In this document: in pieces, positions 52,942 through 64,000 of the stretch | How positions within the stretch are numbered: position 1 is the first letter of the stretch | Layout of the letters: the number at the start of each line of letters is the position of its first letter | Origin: Utricularia gibba | Taxonomy: Eukaryota > Plantae > Magnoliophyta | Direction: 5' to 3' | Assembly (NCBI GenBank): GCA_002189035.1 | Contig: CM007992.1 | Span: forward strand, 2,108,001-2,172,000 | Length of the DNA: 64,000 bases | Notes under the pieces: generated by a model | What the model saw: the letters and a program-made list of their open reading frames with translations, nothing else | The model's database searches: none | Told to the model about the DNA's origin: nothing | Position numbers and translations under genes: made by a program

Positions 52942-55900
52942 GAAGGATTATGCTGTTTTACATTTTAATTCAATAAAAACTGTAACTTTTTATATACCAG
53001 ACCTTATCTTCATTAAATCCCATGTCCTATGAATGGCTTTTTCTTGCACAAGTATGATACATGTAAAGTATTCCCTTATATTTTATGGAGTTATTGATGG
53101 CATATGACTCTTCTCTATAGTATTAGGCAACCCTAACTATTTGTACACCTGTTGTTACATAAATAAAATTAGCTTAGAAAAGAATAAATGGTGAACCTGC
53201 AACCTAACAACAACACACGATGGAAGGATTGGGATGCTTACCCTTGCAAATAGTGAAAATCGGCTATCCACAAACTGCATCTCACGGGATGTTGTTATCA
53301 CCCACTAAATCTTCCCAATTACTACTCAACAAGTAGATAAAAATTAGTTTCTCATTCGAGACTTCTTCTAATATGTTAGTTGAAAGTATCTCCATGTGCT
53401 TAGGTTTTCCTAATTCCTTTAATTTCGAAATATGAACCATTTTAATGCATCTAAGAAATTTTAGAAACATGTTTCTATGATCGAAAAGGCATAGCCGAAG
53501 AGTGAAATCAAGTTTGGTAATGCACAACTCAAAAAATCTAAAAGTAGATTTGTGGTTAGAGCAATCAATCATTATTAGCTTCTTTAGAAGCTGTTGATAT
53601 AATAAAACTACAGATAAAAGGACCATGTTAAAATACTCAAAGAATACTTGATTTCATGAAATCAAATATTTACTCTATTGTTTCATATCTAGTAAGTAAC
53701 ATAACTTATTGAATACATCTGTACTTAACCATAATGTTGTCAAGACAAATACTTCTTCTATTGGATACAAGTGCTTTCACATGTTTGATTTATCAAGATA
53801 TTTTCTTGTGATACGATTATTTAATTTTTTTTTCTTGAATATTCTGAGTAACAGTGCCACATGATGAAGATGAAAAAATCTCATAATATGCAAATGTGGA
53901 CAAGTTAAATGAATAATAACAAGTGCAATAAATCTGACTTTTAGAGAAATTATGGGAGCACTATAATTTTAAGTCACGCGAGGATACAACACACGAAAAG
54001 TATGTTTACAGAAAACATAATATAACAACCAATATATACAAAGTAATCTCTAACATCATGCACCATAACACCCACAGTTACAATATAGATTAACGTAAGA
54101 GCCACATAAAATGAAAATAATGATGAACATTGCTAAAACTCAGCAATCAAAAACCAGGATCATATTTCATCTGGTAAACCGTATTTATGTCTGTACAAAT
54201 GAGGGGAATAAATGTAAAAAATATAATATAAATACAATTATAAATATAAAATGTCATCTTTATCACCCCTTCAAGCCTGACAGAATCCAAGCTTGTGCGT
54301 TAGGCTGTTGTGCTGAGCACTTCCCGAGGGTTTTGTGAATATACGAGCGAGATGTTGTCATGATGAAATGAAATCTGAGAATAGGAAATGACAGTCAATA
54401 TTGTTTTGGTCTTTCATGAAATACCAGATTCGCTGTTATGTGAATGGCAAATTGATTGTCAAACCACAAAGGAATTGGAGCATTGGTAACTTGAAATAAA
54501 TCCTTTAGAAGATAAGGTTGCCACATTAATTCTGTTGTTGGTGTGGCTAGACTTGTATATTCTACTTCCATTGAAGATCTAGAAATAGTGTTTTGCTTCT
54601 TCATTTTTCCATGATGCCAAGCAATCACTCAGAAATATGCAATAACCAGATGTAGTTCTACATATTAATACACAACTCTCCTAGTCTGCATTGCTGTATG
54701 CTTCAAGTTTTGTTTTTTGTCCATAAGGTAATAGAAACCAAGCTCTCAGGTCCATTTCAAATATTGTGATTGCATAAATTAACTTAGCAGCTATATTGTA
54801 ACAGCAACATTTGGTGTTGTAAATCCTAAATATAGTAGTTTACCAACAAGGATCCTATAACCACTATCATCAACACCTTCACCATCATGTACCACTTTTT
54901 GATATTGAGCCATAAGTATATTAAAATTCTTAATTATAATCTATCATGCACAGATTCTAAAATGTCTTTCAAATATTTCTTTTGTGATATGTATAACCCA
55001 TTGGCTTTCTCCATGATCTCCAACCTAAAGAAAATAGGTCATATTTCCAAGTAGGGCTGCAAACGAATTGAGCCGAGCCAAGCTTTCTGGAAAAATTCAA
55101 GCTTGAGCTTGATCGCACACTTTTAAGCTCGGGCTCAATTCGAGCCCGAAAATGTGCCTCAGGTCTTGAAATACTAAGCTCAACTTTGGCTTGACAGCTA
55201 CCTCAAGCTCAATCGAGCCGAGCTGTAGTCAAGTCGAACTCAAGCCAGCTCAAAAAAAGCTCACAAGCCGGCTCGACTCATTTGTAGCCCTATTTCCAAG
55301 ATCCTTGATTGTGAACTTTTTGTCTAAGATCTCTAAAATTTAACCCAATGATGATTCTAATTATCATAATGTCATCTATGTATATAAGAAAAATAGTTAT
55401 ATTGTCTCCAAACTTTCTAAAAATAGGCAGACATTAAACTTCAATTGACCGAAATTTAAAGATATTAAGAATTCACCCAATTCAAGGTACAACTGTCTAA
55501 AAGCTTGTTTGAGCCCATATAATGACCTCTTTAATCAACATACCTCTTCTTTGTTTAGGTTCCATGTAAAAATGTGTTGTTAATATCTACTTGTTGAAGG
55601 TTCTGCCTATGTTTTGTCGCTATTGCTAGGACCAACCTTATTATTGTGAATTTGGCTCTAGAGGGAAGCTTTCAACAAAATCCAGTCCTTCATTCTACAT
55701 AGACTTCTTTGCCACCAACCTAACTTTATATCTTGAAATGCTTTCATTTGGATTTAATTTGGTCTTTTGAACCCATTTACATCCTATGGCTCTTTTATTC
55801 TGCAATAGAGTGGTGGCTTTCCATGTCTCATATTTTTTTTAGGGTTCTTCTTTGTTCCTACATTGCAACTTCCCATTTTGGGTTCCCACAAGCCTCGGAG
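52942..55900. mobile_element. Duplicated copia segment (copy B): integrase part direct, RT/RNase H/3' part inverted
   Basis: 52942-53580 matches 35585-36200 directly; about 53655-55900 matches about 36545-38275 as the reverse complement (ORF 54395..54628 versus ORF 37482..37805). Confidence 0.85.
55052..55292. mobile_element. hAT-family MITE (241 bp)
   Basis: TIR TAGGGCTGCAAACGA / TCATTTGTAGCCCTA; perfect 8-bp TSD TTTCCAAG (55044-55051, 55293-55300); internal GAGCCGAGC-type repeats. Confidence 0.92.
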
Positions 55901-56049
55901 TACTTTCTTTAATTTTTCTCTCACACCCAATGCCCATATTACTGCATTACACCATTGGAGATAATTTACGGTATTGAGAAGTGTAGTTACCAGGCCTATG
56001 GTTGGTTTTTCTTGAACAAGTGAAGAGATTAGAGAGGTCAAGCAACCCT

Positions 56050-58690
56050 ACGTGACACAGATGCAAAGGAATTTCCTTTCTCTCATGAAAATCTCTCAAA
56101 CTCAAATTCTATACATTGTTCAATTTACAAGGAAACCTAAGGGAAATTATGTAACTTTATAATTGATAAATTTAATAAACAAAAAGGAAACTATTTCACA
56201 ACATCCACATGGTCTCTTGTCCTCTATAATGTTTCTATCTCTTTGGTTTGAATTGTTGTAATAGGATGTAGTCAAGCTTGTCCATAATATTGTGAAATGT
56301 AGCAGATGCCAAGCTCTTGGTCAAATAGTCAGCAATTTGCAACTTAGATTATAGATGTGCTAGAGCTAGAAATCCCACCTTGTATAAATCTCTAACCAAA
56401 TAACCATCAATGTCTAAGTGCTTAGTTCTTCCATGAAACGTGAGATTTTTCATGATATGAATTGCTGACTGACTATAAACCACAATGTGATTGGTCGTGG
56501 AAAAGATATGTGTAGATCACTTGCCAAATAGAAGACCCATAACATCTCAACTGATGTCGATCCCAAACTGCGATACTCAGCTTCTATGGAAGATCTAGAG
56601 ATTGTGGATTGCTTCTTGGTTCTCTAGGATATCAAACATTCTCCCATAAAAACACAATATCCACTGATTGATTTTCTACTGTCAATGCACACTCCCCAAA
56701 CAACATCCACGGAAACAAAAAGCTTATTTTCATATGAAAGAAACTCTTTCTCAGAAGTAGAAATAGATGGATAATAAAGACCACAGATGATATAAGCATT
56801 CAGATATCTCAAGACTCGACATGGACCCTCCCAATGAACTACTTTCAGATTTTGCATGAATTGGCTAAGTCATTGAACTACAAATGCGAGGTTCAGATGT
56901 GTGAAATTCAGATAAAGTAATCTGCCTATCAAATGTCTGTACCGATTCACATTCACATCTAAATCATCAACAAATCTGGAGGAGTACAACGAAGCCTACT
57001 TTTATAAGGTATGAGTGCTTGTCCAACACTCAGATAAAGAAAAAGCAATGACATTATGCCTAGATTAGTCTGGAACAAGCTGCCCCTTCACTACCCAAAG
57101 AAAAAAAAGGAAATAAAAAAAATGAGTTAGCAACCATGATCCTAGGTGACCTTTGATAGATCAACTCTATAAGACATGATCTTCGAAAACACTCTTCAAG
57201 AGGAATCTATCCATGCACATTTGAGTGATGAAATGACATGCACACTAGCACTTATGTAGCTCATGCATCATAAATTACTCTTAGTTGTTTATGTTCATCA
57301 TTGACATTGAAGGGATCAGTTTTCTATTAATCTTAGGTAGGACTTGGGGACAAGTCTAGTATCGTTGTAGCATAGTGTGATAGCACAAAAATTTTCCTAT
57401 TTTTATGATATGAAAATTCTAAGTTTTAATTATGTTTTAGTTGCTTAGTTTGTAGTTTGAAGTATTTTCATATAATTTTATAAATATATGAATTTTGTGT
57501 GCAAATAAGCTAAATCTTTGAATTAAGCCCATTCTATGTTACTAAAGTGTTTTGAGTCTAGCACCAAGTCCCAAAAATCAGAAAAGAAGGAAAATATTTC
57601 ATGTAAGGAACAACTTAGCAGATGTGCAGCATAACAGAAGAGACAATGAGTGTACTGTCGCGACAACAATCGGCAAGTTAGGGGCAGGAGCAGAAGGATT
57701 GTCAAAAAATCATACTTGCTTTCGGAAATGAAGAAAATATTTTTCTTGCGAAAGAGAGAAAAGAAGGAACAGCTTCGGGAGCTTCAGCAGTGGCGACACA
57801 CAAGGGGGTTCTCCTTCAACACTACGAACACCGATCAGAAGTGGAGAAGGAGATTCTCGTGAAGAAGCCTCCCCACTTGCAAGAACACTATTAAGATCCA
57901 GTTTTGCACTACTGCTTCATGCTGTGAATAGTAGCAAACGAAAAACAAAACACTTTATTTTTCATTGACTCAAATACTAAGAAAGAAACAAGCTTCTCCT
58001 AGATCCTTTATAGTAAAAATAGTAGTTAACCTATTTTTAAGCATTTGAATAGAAGACAAACTAGATCCAGCTACCAAGATATCATCCACATAAACCACTA
58101 ACCTCAAGAATGAATCAGCCAGATGCATGTACACAAGCATGAATCAGTATAGGATTGAATAAAACCTTGTTGTAAAAGGTACCTAGTCAGCTCAATGTTC
58201 CATTGACGATAGGCTTGCTTGAGCCCATAATGGCCTTCTTAAGTAGATACACTTGGTTGGGAAACATTTTTGGATAACCATTGAGTAACTTCATGTAAAT
58301 CTTTCCACCCAGTGAACCATGGAAGAAGGCATTATTAATATTCAATTGACGTAAGAAATAACCTTTGGCAGCATCCAAAGCAATAAGCAATTGAATGTCA
58401 CCACTTTAGCCATCGGTGCATAACACTCGAAGTAGCCACACCTTCAACTTGTGTATGACCTTGGACAACCAACCTAGCCTTTCAACATTCGAGAGAGTGA
58501 TTGCCCTTAAGTTTGTTTTTGTAAATCCATTTAGACCCTATGGTCTTTGCTCCACGTGGCAGCTCAACAATCTCCCATGTTTGGTTTTTCTGCATTGCCA
58601 ATAATTCATCCTACATTTGTTTCACCACATTCTTGCATTGGGCAGCTTGCTGATAGGTATGTGGTTCACGAAACATAGTTGCTAGAGCCA
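56050..58690 (-). mobile_element. Degenerate copia RT-RNase H with 3' LTR remnant
   Basis: RT LRQLNINNAFFHGSL (ORF 58187..58390); RNase H DVVWGVCIDSRKSISGYCVFMGECLIS*RTKKQSTISRSSIEAEYRS; LTR start TGTTGTG near 56202. Confidence 0.8.
57378..57960 (+). mobile_element. Truncated member of the TGATAGC solo-LTR family
   Basis: Starts TGATAGCACAAAA like 25014 and shares the AT-rich start and GA-rich middle; the 3' half is missing. Confidence 0.7.
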
Positions 58691-58889
58691 TTACTTCATC
58701 ATATATGGCTGATAAGAGGAGATAGAGTGTATGGCAGATTGAAAAAGGTTATAAGTAGCAATAAAGGGATAATCATTATGCCAAGTTGGAGAGTATTGAG
58801 GACGATTATTGCACCGAGGTGATACAATTGATGATGATGATTCGATGGAGTTATCATCATGCTGGAGAATGACATCAGTGGGAGAGCCA

Positions 58890-59400
58890 CGGTTAGTGTT
58901 CAAGAACACATTAGCAAAATTGGACAAAAAAAACTACTACTGGACAGGTAACTTATTCATCAAAGCAAGAGCATATAACTTAAGATTTCTAGGCAAAAAA
59001 GATCTTTGTTCCAGAATATATGGACAATTGCACAAAACTCCCACCCCCAAGATAGTCTTAGAAGCCTAAAGAAGGATATAATAGTAGCTAATTTAGAGAC
59101 TCAGAGCCGATGATGTTGAAAACTGGGAGCATAAAGAACATCATGTAGTGTGATGGTTTTGGTGAGGAAAATAGAACTTATGTGAGTACCTAAGTAAGCA
59201 GAACCATCTTGTACTAAGATATTACTAGGTTTTGGAAGGATGTTTAAAGTGGAAAACATTGTTTCATCTGCACATTAATGAGAATTGGCTCCAGTATTTA
59301 TGATCCAGTGCCTACCTAATAGCAATGTTAATGCATTATTTAACTCAATAGTAGCACCTACAAAATCCTTGAAGATATAGAGAGTGTTCTAATCTCCTTC
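58890..59400 (+). mobile_element. copia gag N-terminal fragment (RE1/RE2-like)
   Basis: LAKLDKKNYYW...IKARAYNL resembles KLDRTNYLLW...IRAYNL. Confidence 0.45.
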
Positions 59401-59857
59401 TCATTTTTCATTTTCATTTTTTTTAGAATGAGAAGTTATAAAAATACATTTTCTTTTTTATTTTAAGAAGTAAAATGCATACATAACATGTTCTGTTTGG
59501 GAAAGAGAATGTAAATTTAATAACAATGTAAATGACATTTTTGACCTAATAATAAAATATATTTTACCAAAGTGATCTTTTGGTTTAGGGTTTATAGTTA
59601 CATCCAAATAATTATAATAGTGCACATGATTGTTGTTAATGATTATTTTTTTTTCCATATGATACAGATTCTAAATTATATTTATAAGTTCAAAGTTTCA
59701 ATCCTTTTTATCTTAAATTTCACTAAATATGAAATTTTAAATAAAGGAAAGTCTGAAAGTGAAAGGAACACAAATGTCATAACAAATACATAAACAACGA
59801 CAAATACATCATAAAAATACAATATGCTCATATGATATATTAATTAACATCCCATTG

Positions 59858-62330
59858 TCATTTAGGTGCGTCTTCTAGAGAAATGATTACCTTGATATGT
59901 TTGCCATAACTCATTGCAAATAGAGTTTCTTTTTTGGTCCATTGGAGTCTCGCTGGGGCTTCATCATTCTGCTTCTCTATCATAGGTAGTGGAAGTTTTT
60001 TTTTATACTCATCCAAATGTGCACCATCATCTTCTACATCGACTTGTCGTAGAAAGTTGTGTATTGCCATTGTAGCAAACACTAGGTGAACTTGCTTTCG
60101 AAATAGTAAGTTAGGAGGTAAATCATTCACCATGTGAAATCTGTTCTTCCACACACCAAAAGTTCGTTCAATAATATTATGCAGTGATGAATGACGATAA
60201 TTGAAAAGTTCCTTAGCACTTCGAAAACCACACGAGCGTTGAAAATTAGGTAGATGATATTTCTCATTTCGATATGGAGTTAAGAATTATGTTGTATTTG
60301 CAAATCCAGAATCAGCCACATAATATTTTCCTATAGAACAAAATTATATCGAATGATAATAGTTTAACATGAAATTCCAAATATTTACACATGATAAAAT
60401 AAAAGATGTACCTTGTGGTGGATTTGGAAAATTGCATCGCTCATCACCTAAACAATCTCGCAATATCTTACTGTCATGTCTTATCCCTTCATATCCATCC
60501 ATAGCAAAGACAAAGCACATATTGAAATCACAAACAACAAGGATATTTTGAGTTGGCTCCCCTTTACGCCCAATAAACCAAACACGGTCTTCAGCTGGAA
60601 CTGAAGCCCGAATGTGTGTCCCATCTATTGTACCAATACAATCTTTGAAAAAAGGATAGTACCTAAAATCTTGAAGCACGTAAAGATCAACAATAGGATA
60701 TTCTGAAGGCAGCTTCACCCACACCATGGACATTCAAACACAAGCATTGACAACATTCTTAAAAGACTTATGGATAGTATCAGCACCATGTTGGAAAAAT
60801 TCTTGGAGACTTCTATTAGATTCTTGATGCCCTACAGCTTTGAGGAAGATGGCCACCTCCTCTTCCACAGCCATATACTTTCGTCGCTTCAAACCATATT
60901 CATTGACCAATAATGCACACAATTGCAAAAATGTGCCAGTGTTCATGCGCAATGACCGATAAGCTCGTGAATCATGGCCAGTAAGCATATCCAATAACAA
61001 CAACCATCCGCTTATCATTCTATTATTAAGTGGCTGCTTTGCTAAGTACCTGATAAACGAAAAATTTACACATCATGAATATAAATTCTCCTATCAAATA
61101 AATTTATAACCTAATACACATTCAAGCATAAAACAATTATGTAGTGATTAGGGTCGAACATGATGAGCAGGTGCTTGCTATGTGAAAGTTAATACATGAA
61201 ATTGGTCTTAGCTAAGACTAAGGCAGAACTAAAACGAAATACAGTAAAGAAAAGTAATAAATTCTGGAGCTCGGTTGTTTCTGGAATGGAATGGGTGATG
61301 CCTTGGGAATCCTAGGGGATGTATGTTTATCACTAAACAAGCTCACACAAACCACAAATCCTACAACTAACTCACAAGATCTAGGTCTAACCGGATTCTT
61401 GTTTTTCCCCTAATCTTTGGTCTACCTCTAATTAGGGTTGTTAAGTTGAGTTTCACTACTTCCCTCTCCTGGATCTATCTTGGTTTGTTAAGGAAGTGGC
61501 GTGACTTATGGTTTATTAAGTCTAAGGATGGACTAGTATATTTCTCCCTTTTCACCTCAAGGCACCCCCCTAAGTGCTTAGCCACTCATGCTTAAGACAA
61601 ATGAAAATAGAAGAGAAAACTTCATCCACAATGCATTCATATCTCAGTCGACTACTAGAAAATAAACAAGCAGAAAACTGAAATGTTTGACAGAAAGCTA
61701 GAAAACTCTCCTAGCTAATCTTAGTTAGGAGTAATAATCCTTGGAAACTAGAAATCTTCAAGCATGAGCTTAGTTCTTGTTCGTCTTCATCCTTCTTCCT
61801 CCCCAGAAAATCTTCTCCAGAAAAACCGTTCGTGAGTCTCCAATGGGGAGATTTGCCTTCTCTCTCCATCTTTTCCCCCTTTTTGTCCAAAATCTCACTT
61901 TTCATCTCCTTGGATTTTGTGTGTACTCCTTTTCAGACTTCTGTCACCTTCTCTACCACTACACTGTTCATATTCAGCTCTTTGGGATTTGTGTTGCGAC
62001 CTGTGCTGCATTGCTCGAAGGAAATTGTTAGAAGGTTGGGACTAAATCGCAGATTTAATCCCAACTACGACTAAATTGGCACTACTACGGTACTTATGTG
62101 CAAAATTTTAGAACTAGGTAATAAAGCTTAATTTTTGTAGCACAAAATGAGTAAAGTCCATGCATTGAGCCACTCAAAAATATATGTTATCAGTACCTTT
62201 CATGATAAGCTCCTAAGACACCAATCACCTCTACATTGGACTTGAGCAGATTATCGATCTCATCTGAATCAGTAGAAAAAACATCATCTAAGGCTTCACT
62301 TGAAAAACTTGAGGAAAACATTGATGCTAT
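59858..62330 (-). pseudogene. PIF/Harbinger (HARBI1-like) transposase, interrupted
   Basis: LRMNTGTFLQLCALL, VEEEVAIFL..VGH, YPFFKDCIGTIDGTHI, QNILVVCDFNMCF.F...GYEG..HDSKIL, YVADSGFAN...FLTPY...RYHL, HSSLHNIIERTFGVWKNRF, AIHNFLR. The N-terminus is split by the solo LTR 61051-62192. Confidence 0.92.
61051..62192 (-). mobile_element. Solo-LTR-like element of the TGATAAC...TTATCA family
   Basis: Perfect TSD GTACC (61046-61050, 62193-62197); reverse complement closely similar to 34409-35265. Confidence 0.92.
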
Positions 62331-62378
62331 ATCACTATTGCTGGAGCGTGCTTTCTTTCGTTTTAAAAACTTAATGTG

Positions 62379-63358
62379 CTAAATATTGGAATCAGCAATT
62401 TGCCGTATAGATTTGGCAATGGAATCACTATTGCTGGAGCGTGCTTTCTTTCGTTTTAAAAGCTGCGAACCAATGTCACTCTCCTTGTTTAAATGTGTGG
62501 AAGCCTGCTTCATTGAAGGAGTACATAAATCATCAAGACAATGTGTTAGTTCAGTGTTCAAACCTGTTTCTTCATTGATTTCAATATCTGTAAAATCAAT
62601 TTCACGTGATAGAATTCCTGAACTTGGAGTGAATCTATTTTGACCATATGCAACAATGTCAAATAATTGCTCTTGTAGGTCCTTGTAAGGTGGTGGTACT
62701 TCACAGATCTTCTTAGCATCAGGATTTTCCTAAAATATTATATAAAAAAATAACTAAAAATGAATTACAATTAGAAAAACATCTCAAGAATCAAGTTAAG
62801 ATGTTAAACTAAAATAATCAATTTCTCATTGATATCTTAAGAGGAATAAAGAGATCAACAAAAGCATAATTTGCTGCACATTTAAAGAAAAATATAATTC
62901 ATTATCATCCTCTTCTTTCATGTTAAGATAACAAAATACGAAAAATATGGTTAAAAATAAAATGTTGAAACTACAAATGTTCCTTCAAATATAGAACATG
63001 GCCTTACCGCTATCCTTTCTGTCCACCACTTGTCATCAGCACGGATCGTATTTTTGGTTGAATCCCATCCGTTTCCAGTCCAATTCTTGAGTCTTATCCA
63101 AAGCGTCCAAGAAGCTCGGAGATCAAGCCACTTATTTTTGACTTGTTTGATTGTATATTCAGCTCTAGATCTTTGATTCAATTTTTCTAAAATGTTTTGC
63201 CAACCAATTTTATTAAAAGATGTTGTGGGTCTATTGCCAGCAACAAGTTCTTCTAGACATATTTCCAAGAACATTAGAAGACGTCCAGATATCTTTTCCC
63301 ATTGTGCACCTACCTTGGATCCCATTATTGCTCTAGTTGTTGAATTTCTTTTATCCAT
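62379..63358 (-). pseudogene. PIF ORF1, Myb/SANT-like DNA-binding protein (two exons)
   Basis: FLEICLEELVAGNRPTTSFNKIGWQNI...YTIKQVKNKW..LRASWTLW..L...TGNGWD...NTI.ADD.WW (ORF 62951..63358); second exon from about 62730. Confidence 0.88.
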
Positions 63359-64000
63359 TCATGTATACAACAAAAATGAAGTCAAACAATAGAACTATGG
63401 ATTAATCAGAATGTTAAATGCAGCAAGTAGAAAACTTTGAAGTGAAATTATCATAACCATTCTAATGCAAAAAAAAAACTACTGGGTGTAGAAAAAAGAA
63501 ATCTTGACATTCATTGAATTTGAAAACAATGTATAAACTAGAAAGATAATATATGAAAATCATATGAGAAAATAAGCAAGTTTGAAGCAACTGACTCTAA
63601 ACAAGATCTTCCTCTCGAGTAAAGGAAAGTAAGAAAATAACAAGAAATAGTGTCAATCTCAGAAGACCCGGAATGGAAGGAGCACCAAGGATAAGATTTG
63701 GGAATCGGGATATGAATTTTTCTCGTTAGGGTTTTCATTTTTTAATGAATAAAAATTATGGATATAAAGGTAATTTTATCTCTTACATTTAATAAGAAGT
63801 TAAAATGAGAATGTAAAAGTTGGTTTGGATCTCATTCCAACGTAAAGAGAATAAATGGAGAAAGAGAAAGAGAAATTTTAAAAGAAGTAAAAAGTAGAAG
63901 AACAATGTGTTCTGATAGAATTGCATTCTCATGCTTGTAAAAGTAAAATTAACTTAAAAAAGGCATCCAAAACATATGGACAATTGCACAAAACTCCCAC

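Larger units (their letters stand above)
59400..63973 (-). mobile_element. PIF/Harbinger DNA transposon (boundaries approximate)
   Basis: Myb/SANT-like ORF1 followed by a DDE transposase in the same orientation; AT-rich ends with GAATGAGAA motifs; candidate right end ...GGCATCCAAAACA. Confidence 0.85.

Overview
AT-rich plant (probably eudicot) nuclear DNA made almost entirely of nested, decayed transposable elements. I can support no intact host gene. Contents: (1) one structurally complete but mutated Ty1/copia element (1932-6719, TSD AGTGC) nested in older copia remains; (2) many degenerate copia and Tat/gypsy fragments; (3) four TSD-flanked solo-LTR-like elements with TGATA...TTATCA ends plus two truncated relatives; (4) an autonomous-type Mutator element (41152-48913) carrying two clear and one probable solo LTR; (5) a non-autonomous Mutator-like element (16612-18688) with a GC-rich alternating-hairpin array facing an AT-rich inverted sister array; (6) a PIF/Harbinger element; (7) a hAT MITE whose empty site is visible in a paralogous segment. 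Non-TE remnants are the 3' end of an ANTH clathrin-assembly gene fused to copia RNase H, a tandem pair of probable F-box/FBA pseudogenes, and a protein-primed family B DNA polymerase pseudogene of mitochondrial-plasmid type. A roughly 4.5 kb segment (about 33.8-38.3 kb) is duplicated at about 52.4-55.9 kb with its distal part inverted. All calls come from reading and hand-aligning the sequence; no database search was run.
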